This document shows, piece after piece, positions 49,722-59,526 of a stretch of DNA of 64,000 nucleotides (position 1 is the first letter of the stretch; each line of letters opens with the position of its first letter). A model generated the notes under the pieces. It did not search any database, was not told the origin of the DNA, and was given only the letters and a program-made list of their open reading frames with translations. The stretch spans positions 155,027-219,026 of the forward strand of contig JAHEIZ010000002.1 in assembly GCA_024639145.1 (NCBI GenBank), in the 5' to 3' direction. The DNA comes from Actinomycetes bacterium. Its GTDB lineage: Bacteria > Actinomycetota > Actinomycetes > S36-B12. The position numbers and the translations under genes are program-made.

Positions 49722-50390
49722 GTGGGTATCCAGATCTCGCCGAGCATCCTCAACTCCGACCTGTCGAATCTCGCCGCCGAGGTCAGGCGAATCGAGTCGA
49801 CTGCCGACTGGGTGCACGTCGACGTGATGGACAATCATTTCGTCCCGAACCTCACGCTCGGCCTGCCCGTCGTCGAGAGCCTGCTCGCATCGGTGAGTAT
49901 CCCGGCCGACTGCCATTTGATGATCGAGGATCCCGATCGCTGGGCGCCTGCCTATGCCGAGGCCGGCGCCAAGAGCGTCACCTTCCACGTTGAGGCAGCG
50001 CGCAATCCGGTGACTCTCGCTCGTGATCTTCGCGCAGCCGGAGCTCGTGCGGGTGCGGCCATCAAGCCGGGTACCTCGATCGAGTCCGTGCGCGACATCG
50101 CGCGCGAGCTCGACATGATCCTGATCATGACCGTCGAGCCGGGCTTCGGCGGCCAGGCGTTCATGGACGACATGATGGGCAAGGTCACCGAGGCCCGTCG
50201 CATCGCCGACTCCTCGGGCCTCGATATATGGGTCCAGGTCGACGGCGGGATTGACGCACGCACGATCGGCATCGCGGCCGAGGCCGGTGCCAACGTCTTC
50301 GTCGCCGGGTCCGCGGTCTACCGCGCTGATGACCCGGCCGACATGGTGTCGCGACTGCGGGCTCTAGCGGAGGCGGCAGCAGCGCAGTGA
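49722..50390 (+). CDS. rpe: Ribulose-phosphate 3-epimerase
   Basis: [41 protein letters not shown]. Confidence 0.98.
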   Translation: MGIQISPSILNSDLSNLAAEVRRIESTADWVHVDVMDNHFVPNLTLGLPVVESLLASVSIPADCHLMIEDPDRWAPAYAEAGAKSVTFHVEAARNPVTLARDLRAAGARAGAAIKPGTSIESVRDIARELDMILIMTVEPGFGGQAFMDDMMGKVTEARRIADSSGLDIWVQVDGGIDARTIGIAAEAGANVFVAGSAVYRADDPADMVSRLRALAEAAAAQ

Positions 50391-51379
50391 GCACTGCGTG
50401 GGATCCCTACATGAGCGAGGCGCTGGCCCTCGCCGTCTCCGTCGATGCGCCCCGCGGGGTGAATCCGCGCGTCGGCTGCGTTCTCGTCCGTGACTCCCGC
50501 GTGATCGGTCGCGGCTACCACCGTGGTTCGGGCACCGTCCATGCCGAGGTAGCCGCGCTGGCCGCGGCCACCGAGTCGCCGAGCGGTGCGACGGCCGTGG
50601 TCACCCTCGAGCCGTGCGCGCATGTGGGTCGTACGGGTCCGTGCGCTGACGCGCTGATCGAGGCAGGTATCTCGCGGGTCGTCTTCGCCCAGCCCGATCC
50701 CACCGAGCAGGCGGCCGGTGGTGCGGAGCGGCTGCGCGCGGCCGGTATCGAGGTGGTCACGGGCGTGCTGCTGGAGCAGGCTCTCGCCGTCAATGCAGAC
50801 TGGTCGTTCGTGAAGCTCCACGGTAGGCCGCACGTGACCTTGAAGCTGGCCGGCAGTCTCGATGGACGAGTCGACTCCGCGGGAGGCGAGCGGCTCATCC
50901 TCACCGGGGCCGAGGCGCAGGAGCAGGTGCAAGTACTGCGCGCGAGCGTCGACGCGATCGCGGTCGGCACCGGAACCATCGCCGCCGATGACCCGCAGCT
51001 CACCGTGCGCGGCCTCGACGTCTCTCCCGCGCCGCTGCGGGTCGTCCTGGGCTCGGCGCCGGTAGCCGCCGATGCCCGCGTGCGGGCGGCGGGCGCCGAG
51101 GTGATGCTGATCACTGAGCGCGATCCGCAGTCGGCCCTGAGCCTGCTGGCCGACAGGGGGATCCAGCGGCTGCTGCTCGAGGGCGGCCCGACGGTAGCCG
51201 CTGCTTATCTCGAGGCGGCTGTCGTCGACGAGGTGCACTGGTACGTCTCGCCTCTCCTGGTCGGCCAGGGGCCGATGGCGCTGAACGGACTGAGGGTGCA
51301 GATGGGCCTCGATGTCACCGGCGTTGACGTCGTGGGGGAGGATGTCCGCATCATCGGAATTCCCGCGGTCCGCGGGTAG
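50387..51379 (+). CDS. ribD: Riboflavin biosynthesis deaminase/reductase
   Basis: NPRVGCV, HAE, TLEPC...PC zinc motif, [16 protein letters not shown]. Confidence 0.95.
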   Translation: MSTAWDPYMSEALALAVSVDAPRGVNPRVGCVLVRDSRVIGRGYHRGSGTVHAEVAALAAATESPSGATAVVTLEPCAHVGRTGPCADALIEAGISRVVFAQPDPTEQAAGGAERLRAAGIEVVTGVLLEQALAVNADWSFVKLHGRPHVTLKLAGSLDGRVDSAGGERLILTGAEAQEQVQVLRASVDAIAVGTGTIAADDPQLTVRGLDVSPAPLRVVLGSAPVAADARVRAAGAEVMLITERDPQSALSLLADRGIQRLLLEGGPTVAAAYLEAAVVDEVHWYVSPLLVGQGPMALNGLRVQMGLDVTGVDVVGEDVRIIGIPAVRG

Positions 51380-51395
51380 CAGGAGAAGAGGCGAC

Positions 51396-52001
51396 GTGTT
51401 CACCGGTCTCGTCGAGGAGCGCGGCACCATCGTGTCGGTCGATGAGCTCAGTGACTCCGTGCGACTGACCGTCCGCGGTCCGCTCGTCACCTCCGACGCC
51501 GGCCATGGGGATTCCATTTCCGTCAACGGGGTCTGCCTGACAGTCGTCGCGAATGACAGCGGTGCCTTCACGGCCGATGTGATGCGCGAGACCCTGGTGC
51601 GCAGCTCACTCGGCTCGCTCGGAGCAGGCGACCAGGTCAACCTCGAGCGGGCAGCCCGTCTCGACGCCCGCATCGGCGGTCATCTCGTCCAGGGCCATGT
51701 CGACGGCACGGCAGAGGTGGAGGCGATCAGTCCATCCGAGAACTGGACCGTGGTGCGCTTCTCCCTGCCCTACGAACTGGCTCGATATGTCGTCGAGAAG
51801 GGCTCCATCACGGTCGACGGTGTCTCCTTGACGGTCGTCGAGGCGGGCGATGACTACTTCACCGTCTCGCTCATCCCCGAGACACTGAGTGCCACCACCC
51901 TCGGGTCGCGTGCGGTCGGCGACCTCGTTAACCTCGAAGTAGACGCGATCGCGAAATATGTCGAGCGCCTGATGCAATGGAGCAACCGTGATTCCCGCTG
52001 A
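51396..52001 (+). CDS. ribE: Riboflavin synthase
   Basis: (M)[48 protein letters not shown]. Confidence 0.97.
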   Translation: MFTGLVEERGTIVSVDELSDSVRLTVRGPLVTSDAGHGDSISVNGVCLTVVANDSGAFTADVMRETLVRSSLGSLGAGDQVNLERAARLDARIGGHLVQGHVDGTAEVEAISPSENWTVVRFSLPYELARYVVEKGSITVDGVSLTVVEAGDDYFTVSLIPETLSATTLGSRAVGDLVNLEVDAIAKYVERLMQWSNRDSR

Positions 52002-53295
52002 CGAGATGTACGAGGGCGACACGGTAGTTGCCCCCAAGCCCACTCAGGTCCGACATTCCGCTCCCGCCCCTCGCTCAACCAATGGAATTCGGCTCGACTC
52101 CATTGAGGACGCCATTGCGGCGATCAAGGCCGGTCAGGCGGTAGTTGTTGTAGACGACGAGGATCGCGAGAACGAGGGCGACATGATCTTCGCCGCTTCT
52201 GCTGCGAACGCTCAGTTGTGCGCCTTCATGATCCGCTACACATCGGGCTTCATCTGCGTCGGAATGGAAGGCGAGGTGCTGGATCGACTCGGGCTCCCGC
52301 CGATGACCGCCGTCAACGAGGATCGCAAGGGAACGGCCTACTCGCTGTCCGTCGATGCTCGCGATGTCGTGAGCACCGGAATCTCGGCCGAGGATCGGGC
52401 GCACACCATCAATGTGCTCGCGGACTCGGCAACCGATCCGCGAGATCTCACTCGCCCCGGTCACGTGATGCCGCTACGTGCAGTGCCAGGCGGCGTCCTG
52501 CGTCGTCCCGGTCACACTGAGGCCGCTGTCGACCTCTCCCGGATGGCTGGGCTTTCGCCGGCGGGTGCATTGTGCGAGATGGTCAACGACGACGGCACGA
52601 TGATGAATGCCGCTGATTGCCGGGCCTTCTGCGACGAGCACGGCATCCTCTTGGTCTCGATCGCCGACATGATTCGCTACCGCCGTCGCGTCGAGACTCA
52701 GGTGGAACGGGTCGCTCAAGCTTCGCTTCCGACCGAGTACGGCGATTTCACCGTTCACGCCTTCCGGAGCATTGTTGACGAATCTGAGCACGTCGCGCTC
52801 GTGCGCGGCAACTTGGGTGACGGCGAGAACATCCTCGTGCGCGTTCACTCCGAGTGCCTGACCGGCGATATTTTCGGCTCGCTGCGCTGCGACTGCGGCC
52901 CGCAGCTTCACAACGCGATGCGCACGATCGCCGAGGAAGGGCGAGGCGTCGTGCTCTACATCAAGGGGCACGAAGGTCGCGGAATCGGCCTTCTCGACAA
53001 GATCAGGGCCTACAGCCTTCAGGACACCGGGCGCGACACCGTTGACGCCAACCTTGATCTCGGTCTTCCCGCCGATGCACGTGACTATGGAACCGGCGCG
53101 CAGATCCTCGCTGACCTCGGCGTGAAGTCGATGCGTTTGCTGACCAACAACCCGTCGAAGCGCGCGGGGCTCGAGGGGTACGGATTGTCCATCGTCGAAC
53201 GCGTGCCCCTGGTTGTCGCGCCTAATACCCACAATGCCGAGTACCTGAGCACGAAGGTTTCCCGCATGGGACATGACCTGGGTGAGGCCCAGTGA
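51988..53295 (+). CDS. ribBA: Bifunctional DHBP synthase/GTP cyclohydrolase II
   Basis: [54 protein letters not shown]; exact start uncertain (N-terminal extension of about 30 aa). Confidence 0.97.
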   Translation: MIPADEMYEGDTVVAPKPTQVRHSAPAPRSTNGIRLDSIEDAIAAIKAGQAVVVVDDEDRENEGDMIFAASAANAQLCAFMIRYTSGFICVGMEGEVLDRLGLPPMTAVNEDRKGTAYSLSVDARDVVSTGISAEDRAHTINVLADSATDPRDLTRPGHVMPLRAVPGGVLRRPGHTEAAVDLSRMAGLSPAGALCEMVNDDGTMMNAADCRAFCDEHGILLVSIADMIRYRRRVETQVERVAQASLPTEYGDFTVHAFRSIVDESEHVALVRGNLGDGENILVRVHSECLTGDIFGSLRCDCGPQLHNAMRTIAEEGRGVVLYIKGHEGRGIGLLDKIRAYSLQDTGRDTVDANLDLGLPADARDYGTGAQILADLGVKSMRLLTNNPSKRAGLEGYGLSIVERVPLVVAPNTHNAEYLSTKVSRMGHDLGEAQ

Positions 53296-53765
53296 GCGGT
53301 GCCGGGGCAAGTGCATTGAAGGTCGATGGCAGCGGTCTTCGGGTTGCGATCGTCGCCTCGACCTGGCACGAGGTCGTGATGAACGGGTTGATCGACGGAG
53401 CCTCGCGTGCATGCGCCGAGGCAGGGGTAGAGGCGTCGCTCATTCGAGTTGCCGGCTCCTTCGAACTTCCGATCGTCGCTCAGTCCTGTGCACGCGCGGG
53501 CTTCGATGCCGTGATCGCCCTGGGAGTCATCATCCGAGGTGGAACTCCGCACTTCGAGTTTGTGAGCGACGCTGCTACGTCTGGTCTGACCCGAGTGGCG
53601 CTCGACACCGGAACTCCGGTGGGTTTCGGGCTGCTCACCTGCGATACCGAGCAGCAGGCTCTCAACCGTGCCGGACTCTCCGATTCTGTTGAGGACAAGG
53701 GTGCAGAAGCAGCTTGGGCGGCGATCACTACGGCCGTGACCCTCGGGGAACTTCGCACCCCGTAG
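53292..53765 (+). CDS. ribH: 6,7-dimethyl-8-ribityllumazine synthase
   Basis: [36 protein letters not shown]. Confidence 0.97.
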   Translation: MSGAGASALKVDGSGLRVAIVASTWHEVVMNGLIDGASRACAEAGVEASLIRVAGSFELPIVAQSCARAGFDAVIALGVIIRGGTPHFEFVSDAATSGLTRVALDTGTPVGFGLLTCDTEQQALNRAGLSDSVEDKGAEAAWAAITTAVTLGELRTP

Positions 53766-53775
53766 GCTTGAGCCC

Positions 53776-54039
53776 GTGAAGACCTTCGATGAGCTATACA
53801 GCGAGCTGGTGCGCAAGACCTCGCATGATGACCCGGATTCAGGCACGGTGAAGCTCCTGGCACAAGGCGTGCATGCCGTGGGCAAGAAGGTCGTCGAGGA
53901 AGCAGCCGAGTCATGGATGGCCGCAGAGTTCGAGGGCAAGGAGCGCACGGCCGAGGAGATCGCCCAGCTCCTGTACAACATTCAGGTGCTCATGCTCGCC
54001 TCGTCGGTGAGTCTCGATGACGTCTACCGACGTCTTTAG
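53776..54039 (+). CDS. hisE: Phosphoribosyl-ATP pyrophosphatase
   Basis: [32 protein letters not shown]. Confidence 0.96.
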   Translation: MKTFDELYSELVRKTSHDDPDSGTVKLLAQGVHAVGKKVVEEAAESWMAAEFEGKERTAEEIAQLLYNIQVLMLASSVSLDDVYRRL

Positions 54040-54050
54040 TCGGAGGTCTC

Positions 54051-54896
54051 ATGCTTCGCGTCGCCGTTCCCAACAAGGGCCAGCTTGCTGAGCCTGCCCG
54101 CAGCATGCTGATGGAGGCCGGGTACATCCGTACCGCTTCCACTCGCGATCTCGTCGTTCATGATCCTGAGAATGATGTCGAATTCTTTTTCCTGCGCCCG
54201 CGCGATATCGCCATCTACGTGGGCGAGGGCACGCTCGATCTCGGAATCACAGGTCGCGACATGCTTCTTGACTCTGGTGCCCAGGCTTCGGAGATGCTCG
54301 CACTCGGATTCGCGCCTTCGACCTTCAGGTTTGCGGCACCCAGTGGTTCGTCCCTGAGCATCACCGATCTCAATGGCTTGCGCATCGCGACTTCGTACGC
54401 CGGTCTCCTCGAGGCCTGGCTCCTCGATCACGACATCTCTGCTCGCGTGGTCAAGCTCGATGGCGCGGTAGAGAATGCCATTGCCCTAGGCGTCGCTGAT
54501 GCCATCGCAGACGTCGTGGCCACCGGAAGTACCCTGAAGAAGGCCGGCCTGGAGATCCTGGGTGATCCGATCCTGGTGTCCGAGGCGCTCGTCGTTCGAC
54601 GTACCGGTGCCGAGACCAATCCCGCGATCGAGACCTTCATGCGTCGATTGAATGGCGTCATGGTGGCTCGGTCATACGTGCTGGTCGACTATGACATCCT
54701 TACTTCAGAGCTCGACCGTGCCTGCGCGATCACGCCTGGCATCGAGTCGCCAACCGTGTCCTCGCTGCGCGACTCGACCTGGTCCGCGGTGCGCGCGATG
54801 GTGCCATCGCGTGACGTCCACCAGGTTATGGACGAGCTCTACGAGCTCGGCGCCCGCGGGATCTTAGTCACGGACATCCACGCCTGTCGGCTCTAG
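54051..54896 (+). CDS. hisG: ATP phosphoribosyltransferase (long form)
   Basis: MLRVAVPNKG, LRPRDIA, DLGITGRD, LDGAVE, DVVATGSTL, ESPTVS. Confidence 0.98.
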   Translation: MLRVAVPNKGQLAEPARSMLMEAGYIRTASTRDLVVHDPENDVEFFFLRPRDIAIYVGEGTLDLGITGRDMLLDSGAQASEMLALGFAPSTFRFAAPSGSSLSITDLNGLRIATSYAGLLEAWLLDHDISARVVKLDGAVENAIALGVADAIADVVATGSTLKKAGLEILGDPILVSEALVVRRTGAETNPAIETFMRRLNGVMVARSYVLVDYDILTSELDRACAITPGIESPTVSSLRDSTWSAVRAMVPSRDVHQVMDELYELGARGILVTDIHACRL

Positions 54897-54898
54897 TC

Positions 54899-55348
54899 GT
54901 GCCGCCTGAAGATCTCGGCAAGGGCCGAAGCCTCGCCGGGCCGGCCTTTCCTGCCGATGATGGCGCGGCAGACCCGGTTCTGCGTGCACTCCTCGATGGC
55001 GGCTGCGGTTCCGAGGAGGAGATGCTCCGGGCGCTGTCCCGCTCACGCCTGCTGGTGGCCGTCATGGCCGTGGCTGACGAGGTGGCCGAGGACGGCTCCG
55101 ACAAGAGCAGCCACATGGCCGTGGTGTCCATGGTCAATGCCGCGGGGGAGAAGGGACTGCTGGCGTTCACCGGTTTGGACTCCATGGCCGCCTGGAATCC
55201 CGATGCGCGCCCCGTGCCCGTACCCGCTCGGGCTGCGGCCGAGGCCGCCTTGGCCGATGGCGCCCAGGCGCTGGTCATCGACGTGGCCGGGCCGGCCCGA
55301 GTCGTCCTGCCTGCAGAGGTGTTGCCGGAGATCATGGGGGGCGAGTGA
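54899..55348 (+). CDS. SseB-family protein
   Basis: DDGAADP, SRLLVAV, DKSSHMAVV, LLAFTG...AWNPDARPVPV, LVIDVAGP. Confidence 0.75.
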   Translation: MPPEDLGKGRSLAGPAFPADDGAADPVLRALLDGGCGSEEEMLRALSRSRLLVAVMAVADEVAEDGSDKSSHMAVVSMVNAAGEKGLLAFTGLDSMAAWNPDARPVPVPARAAAEAALADGAQALVIDVAGPARVVLPAEVLPEIMGGE

Positions 55349-55420
55349 CGCCTGGTCACCGAGTCGTCGGACACCTGATAGCCTTACCGTGATCGGATGG
55401 GTGCCAGACACCTGTTCGCG

Positions 55421-55467
55421 TAAGCGGAACCTCGGTTCCCACCCGCCATCTCTAAGGTGACCGGGTC
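55421..55467 (+). ncRNA. L20 leader (ribosomal protein autoregulatory RNA)
   Basis: TAAGCGGAAC-CTCG-GTTCCCACCCG...CGGGT resembles the AAGCRGA...UCYCACC core of the L20 leader; upstream of infC-rpmI-rplT; -10 TAGCCT 55379-55384. Confidence 0.7.
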
Positions 55468-55508
55468 TGATGCACGGCTAGCCCATTGGGCGTAGCCATG
55501 CGTTGCCG

Positions 55509-55543
55509 AGACCTCCGCGCGCTGCGTCGGAGGTCTTTCCTTT
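55509..55543 (+). terminator. Intrinsic terminator/attenuator in the infC leader
   Basis: Stem AGACCTCCG 55509-55517 / CGGAGGTCT 55528-55536 followed by TTCCTTT. Confidence 0.7.
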
Positions 55544-55577
55544 GCCGCGGATCCTCCACCTCGAGCAAGGAGGCGCC

Positions 55578-56153
55578 ATCAGCGTCGAACCCCGGATCAA
55601 CGACCGGATCCGCGTGCCTGAGGTCCGACTTGTCGGACCCGCTGGTGAGCAGGTGGGCATCGTGCGCATCGAAGATGCGCTGCGCCTGGCAGTCGAGGCA
55701 GATCTCGATCTTGTCGAGGTCGCTCCGATGGCGAAGCCTCCGGTCTGCAAGCTCATGGACTTCGGAAAGTTCAAGTACGAAGCCGCCATGAAGGAGCGTG
55801 AATCACGGCGTAACCAAACGCACACGATCATCAAGGAGATGAAGCTTCGGCCGAAGATCGACTCGCACGACTACGAGACCAAGAAGGGTCACGTCGAGCG
55901 GTTCCTGAAGGCCGGCGACAAGGTCAAGATCACGATCATGTTCCGCGGTCGTGAGCAGAGTCGTCCCGAACTGGGCCTGCGCCTTCTCGCCAAGCTCGCC
56001 GAAGATGTCGAGCCGTTGGGCTTCGTCGAGGCAACGCCGAAGCAGGACGGTCGCAACATGATCATGGTGCTCGCCCCGCATCGCAAGAAGTCTGAGGCCG
56101 GGAAGGCCTCTGCAACCGAAGACTCGCAAGAAGACATCAGCACCACCAACTAA
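55578..56153 (+). CDS. infC: Translation initiation factor IF-3, probable non-canonical ATC start
   Basis: SD AAGGAGG 55567-55573 then ATC AGC GTC GAA CCC CGG ATC AAC; [44 protein letters not shown]. Confidence 0.97.
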   Translation: MSVEPRINDRIRVPEVRLVGPAGEQVGIVRIEDALRLAVEADLDLVEVAPMAKPPVCKLMDFGKFKYEAAMKERESRRNQTHTIIKEMKLRPKIDSHDYETKKGHVERFLKAGDKVKITIMFRGREQSRPELGLRLLAKLAEDVEPLGFVEATPKQDGRNMIMVLAPHRKKSEAGKASATEDSQEDISTTN

Positions 56154-56174
56154 CGAATAGCGAACGAGGTCAAC

Positions 56175-56369
56175 ATGCCAAAGCAAAAGACGCACAGTGG
56201 CGCCAAGAAGCGATTCAAGGTGACCGGCTCGGGGAAGATCACCCACGAGCAGGCCAACCGCCGTCACCTCATGGAGGTCAAGTCGAGCAAGCGCACCCGC
56301 AAGCTCGAGTCCGACCAGGTCGTGGCACCCGCCGATGTCAAGAAGGTCAAGCGCCTTCTCGGTCGCTAA
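56175..56369 (+). CDS. rpmI: 50S ribosomal protein L35
   Basis: [21 protein letters not shown]. Confidence 0.98.
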   Translation: MPKQKTHSGAKKRFKVTGSGKITHEQANRRHLMEVKSSKRTRKLESDQVVAPADVKKVKRLLGR

Positions 56370-56402
56370 CCCTTACTCACACTTTTCTTGTAGGAGATTG
56401 AA

Positions 56403-56771
56403 ATGGCACGTGTAAAGCGCGCAGTAAATGCACATAAGAAGCGTCGTGAGATCCTCGAGCGGGCCTCCGGATACCGCGGGCAGCGTTCGCGCCTGTACCG
56501 CAAGGCCAAGGAGCAGGTCACTCACTCCATGGTCTACGCGTACGCCGACCGTCGTACGCGTAAGGGTGATTTCCGTCGCCTGTGGATCCAGCGCATCAAC
56601 GCCGGTGCCCGCGCGAACGACATGACCTACAACCGCTTCATCCAGGGCCTCAAGGCAGCTGGCGTCGAAGTCGATCGTCGCATGCTGGCCGAATTGGCCG
56701 TCAACGATGCTCCGGCCTTCGCCGCGCTCGTCGAGATTGCCAAGTCGGCACTGCCGGCGACCGCAGCCTGA
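56403..56771 (+). CDS. rplT: 50S ribosomal protein L20
   Basis: [36 protein letters not shown]. Confidence 0.99.
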   Translation: MARVKRAVNAHKKRREILERASGYRGQRSRLYRKAKEQVTHSMVYAYADRRTRKGDFRRLWIQRINAGARANDMTYNRFIQGLKAAGVEVDRRMLAELAVNDAPAFAALVEIAKSALPATAA

Positions 56772-56784
56772 AGCGTTACATCCC

Positions 56785-57618
56785 GTGAGTCACTCAACTC
56801 CTGAGCTGACTTCACCACGTTCGCCGCGTGTCGCGGCGGTCAAGCGACTTCACAGTTCGCGCGGCCGCCGCGATTCGCATTTGTTCCTCGTGGAGGGACC
56901 CCAGGGGGTGCGTGAGGCACTTCTGCGGCCGGGCATCGTGGAGGAGATCTACCTTTCCGACGCGGCCACTGACGTCTGCCGAGACCTCGCGAACGATGCC
57001 CCCGCGAGAGTCACGGTCGTATCCGAAGAGGTCCTGGCGTCCATGGGTGAGACTCAGGTGCCGCAGGGCATTCTCGCCGTCTGTCATTGGGTCACTCGAT
57101 CGCTGGGCGAGGTGCTCACACCCGGCACCGAGATGGCGGTGATCATCGACGGCGCGGGGGATCCTGGCAATGTCGGCACGATCATTCGAACTGCGCACGC
57201 CGCGGGCGCGGATGCCGTCGTCATGACGAATGACTCCGTCGATCCGCACAACGGCAAATGCGTCCGCGCCACCGCGGGCTCCCTCTTTCATCTGCCCATC
57301 GCCACCGGTGTGGAGATCGGCGATGTTGTCGAGGCGGCGCGCCAGGCGGGTCTGACCCTTGCTGTCACCGCGGCAGATGGCGACGTGGGGCTCTACGAGA
57401 TCGTGTCGCGGCCGCAGCGGGGACCCATCGCCTGGATCCTCGGTTCGGAGGCGCACGGGGTCAGCCCGCAGATGCGCCTCGTGGCCGATGTCAGCGTCAA
57501 TATTCCGATGTTCGGGGCCTCGGAGTCGCTCAATGTGGGCTCGGCAGCCGCCATCTGCCTCTATGCGGATGCGGCGGCGCGCCATGGGCTCACGGCAGCA
57601 CCGAACTCCACTCGATGA
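56785..57618 (+). CDS. TrmH/SpoU-family RNA methyltransferase
   Basis: FLVEG, PQGILAV, DPGNVGTIIRTA, LGSEAHG, IPMFGASESLNV; GTG 56785; usual rplT-trmH-pheS position. Confidence 0.93.
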   Translation: MSHSTPELTSPRSPRVAAVKRLHSSRGRRDSHLFLVEGPQGVREALLRPGIVEEIYLSDAATDVCRDLANDAPARVTVVSEEVLASMGETQVPQGILAVCHWVTRSLGEVLTPGTEMAVIIDGAGDPGNVGTIIRTAHAAGADAVVMTNDSVDPHNGKCVRATAGSLFHLPIATGVEIGDVVEAARQAGLTLAVTAADGDVGLYEIVSRPQRGPIAWILGSEAHGVSPQMRLVADVSVNIPMFGASESLNVGSAAAICLYADAAARHGLTAAPNSTR

Positions 57619-57653
57619 TGGAAGAATTGGGTTCTCACACTGGAGGGGACACC

Positions 57654-58481
57654 ATGGGCTACACCAGGCTGCCGATTCTCGACGAGACCGGGTACGTCAT
57701 CGTCGACTCGTATGACCAGTCCGTCGACCCTCGTGAGTGGCTTGATGTGGAATACGTGGACTGGAAGTCATCCGGTGACACGCGCTTCGCGCCGTTGGCC
57801 AGTGCGTACGGGGACATGGAATGCAATGGCTTCTGGAATCACACGCCGCCGAAGACCGACAAGGATGGCGTGTGGGTCTCCAAGAACGTTGCCGATGCTC
57901 CAATCCTGACCCGGCGCGCGCAGGAACCAGGTGCCAATGTCGGTCGGTGTCGCATCATCGAATTGCAGCCGAATACATATGCGGATGCGATCTATAACCT
58001 TCATCGCGATGACAACAATCGATTGAATCCCGAAGGTACCGGTTGGATCGTGCGCGCCTTCTTCAATCTGACCGATGACCCTGATTCGGTGATGATCTTG
58101 CGCGAGGACAAGGACGATCCGGCCACCGAGACGCGAATCCCGCTGCCTGCAGGCGCACAGGTCATACTCGACACTCAGCGGCTGTACCACGCGGTCTGGC
58201 ACCCCGGGGACGAGCCGCGATATTGCCTCATCACCTCGTATGAGTCCGGGCCGGAGCTCGATTCATGGATCAACGCCCGTCGGCCTATTCCGCGTATTCT
58301 GTCAGCACCCCTGGATCCTGAGTTCGCACAGTCGGCCTACGCCGAAGCCCGGGCGAGGCGTGATGCTCGAGCTGCAGCTCTGGCCGCGAAGGGGGCTGAT
58401 CCCTCATTCGGCGACGGAACGCTCAGAGCAGGAGCGATCGACGAATATGAGTCCTCGGCCGAAGTTCTGTCCGAGGCATAG
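57654..58481 (+). CDS. Uncharacterised protein, predicted 2OG/Fe(II)-dependent oxygenase fold (Asp/Asn beta-hydroxylase-like)
   Basis: SD GGAGGGG then ATG 57654; 275 aa; RCRIIELQP...LH117-R-D119, ILDTQRLYH179AVWHPGDEPR189YCL. The CDS itself is clear; the fold is inferred from motif spacing. Confidence 0.7.
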   Translation: MGYTRLPILDETGYVIVDSYDQSVDPREWLDVEYVDWKSSGDTRFAPLASAYGDMECNGFWNHTPPKTDKDGVWVSKNVADAPILTRRAQEPGANVGRCRIIELQPNTYADAIYNLHRDDNNRLNPEGTGWIVRAFFNLTDDPDSVMILREDKDDPATETRIPLPAGAQVILDTQRLYHAVWHPGDEPRYCLITSYESGPELDSWINARRPIPRILSAPLDPEFAQSAYAEARARRDARAAALAAKGADPSFGDGTLRAGAIDEYESSAEVLSEA

Positions 58482-58605
58482 GCGTTACTGCGGGACCTTC
58501 GCAAGTGCGCAGGCGTTCCGCGTCCAATGAAGCCGCATCTGGAAGACTGAGCCTCGACTCACCGCTTTCAGGCACGAGTTCCGAACACGAAGACAGGAGA
58601 GCCGC

Positions 58606-59526
58606 GTGACTTCGTCCACGGTGCCGTATGACGCCGTCCTCGATGAACTTGAGGCCGAGGCTATTCACATCTACCGCGAGACTGCTGCGGCCTTTCGCAA
58701 TCCTGTCCTGCTCTACAGCATTGGTAAGGACTCCTCTGTTCTCCTTCACCTCGCGCAGAAGGCATTTGCTCCCGCGACGATTCCGTTCCCGGTGATGCAT
58801 ATCGACACCACTTGGAAGTTTCGCGAGATGATCGAGTTCCGCGATCGCCGAGCGACAGAGCTCAATCTTGACCTTCGAATCGCGCAGAACCTCTCCGCAA
58901 TCGCGGAGGGCGTCTCGCCATTCACGCATGGCACGCACGAGTACACGCGCTTGATGAAGACCGTTGCGCTTCGCGAGGGGCTCGATCGGTACGGATTCGA
59001 CGCCGCAGTGGGAGGTGCTCGACGTGACGAGGAGCGCAGCCGCGCCAAGGAGCGCATCTTCAGCCTTCGTGAGCCAGGTCATCAGTGGGATCCCCGCAAG
59101 CAGCGCCCGGAGTTCTGGCGAACGGCAAACACGCAACTGGCGCCGGGTCAGTCGATGCGAGTATTTCCCCTGTCCAACTGGACTGAGCTCGATGTCTGGA
59201 AGTACATCGAGCGCGAGAGCATCCCGATTCCCGATCTCTATTTCGCCAAGCCGCGGCCCGTCGTTGAACGTGACGGTGCGCTGATCATGGTGGATGACGA
59301 ACGGTTCCCGCTGCGTGACGGAGAAACTCCCGAACTTCGCATGGTGCGGTTTCGCACTCTGGGCTGCTATCCGCTTACTGGTGCCGTCGAATCGAAGGCA
59401 GACACCATGAAGGATCTCATCCGCGAGATGTCAGGGTCGAAGTACTCGGAGCGTTCCGGTCGGCTCATCGACGGCGAAGGCGGCTCGGAGTCCATGGAGG
59501 GCAAGAAGAAGGAAGGCTACTTCTAG
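58606..59526 (+). CDS. cysD: Sulfate adenylyltransferase subunit 2
   Basis: [68 protein letters not shown]. Confidence 0.98.
   Translation: MTSSTVPYDAVLDELEAEAIHIYRETAAAFRNPVLLYSIGKDSSVLLHLAQKAFAPATIPFPVMHIDTTWKFREMIEFRDRRATELNLDLRIAQNLSAIAEGVSPFTHGTHEYTRLMKTVALREGLDRYGFDAAVGGARRDEERSRAKERIFSLREPGHQWDPRKQRPEFWRTANTQLAPGQSMRVFPLSNWTELDVWKYIERESIPIPDLYFAKPRPVVERDGALIMVDDERFPLRDGETPELRMVRFRTLGCYPLTGAVESKADTMKDLIREMSGSKYSERSGRLIDGEGGSESMEGKKKEGYF

Noticed and set aside
50300-50400. FMN riboswitch before the rib operon
   Set aside because: ribD overlaps the rpe stop (GTGA); no room and no RFN motif.
57258-57653. 407-aa version of the oxygenase ORF
   Set aside because: The extension overlaps trmH in another frame; a strong SD supports ATG 57654.
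57654-58481. TauD/AtsK family assignment
   Set aside because: HxD-to-distal-His spacing is about 60 aa, much shorter than in TauD-family enzymes.
58482-58605. Riboswitch or small ORF upstream of cysD
   Set aside because: No recognisable SAM aptamer, Cys-rich leader peptide or strong hairpin seen by eye.
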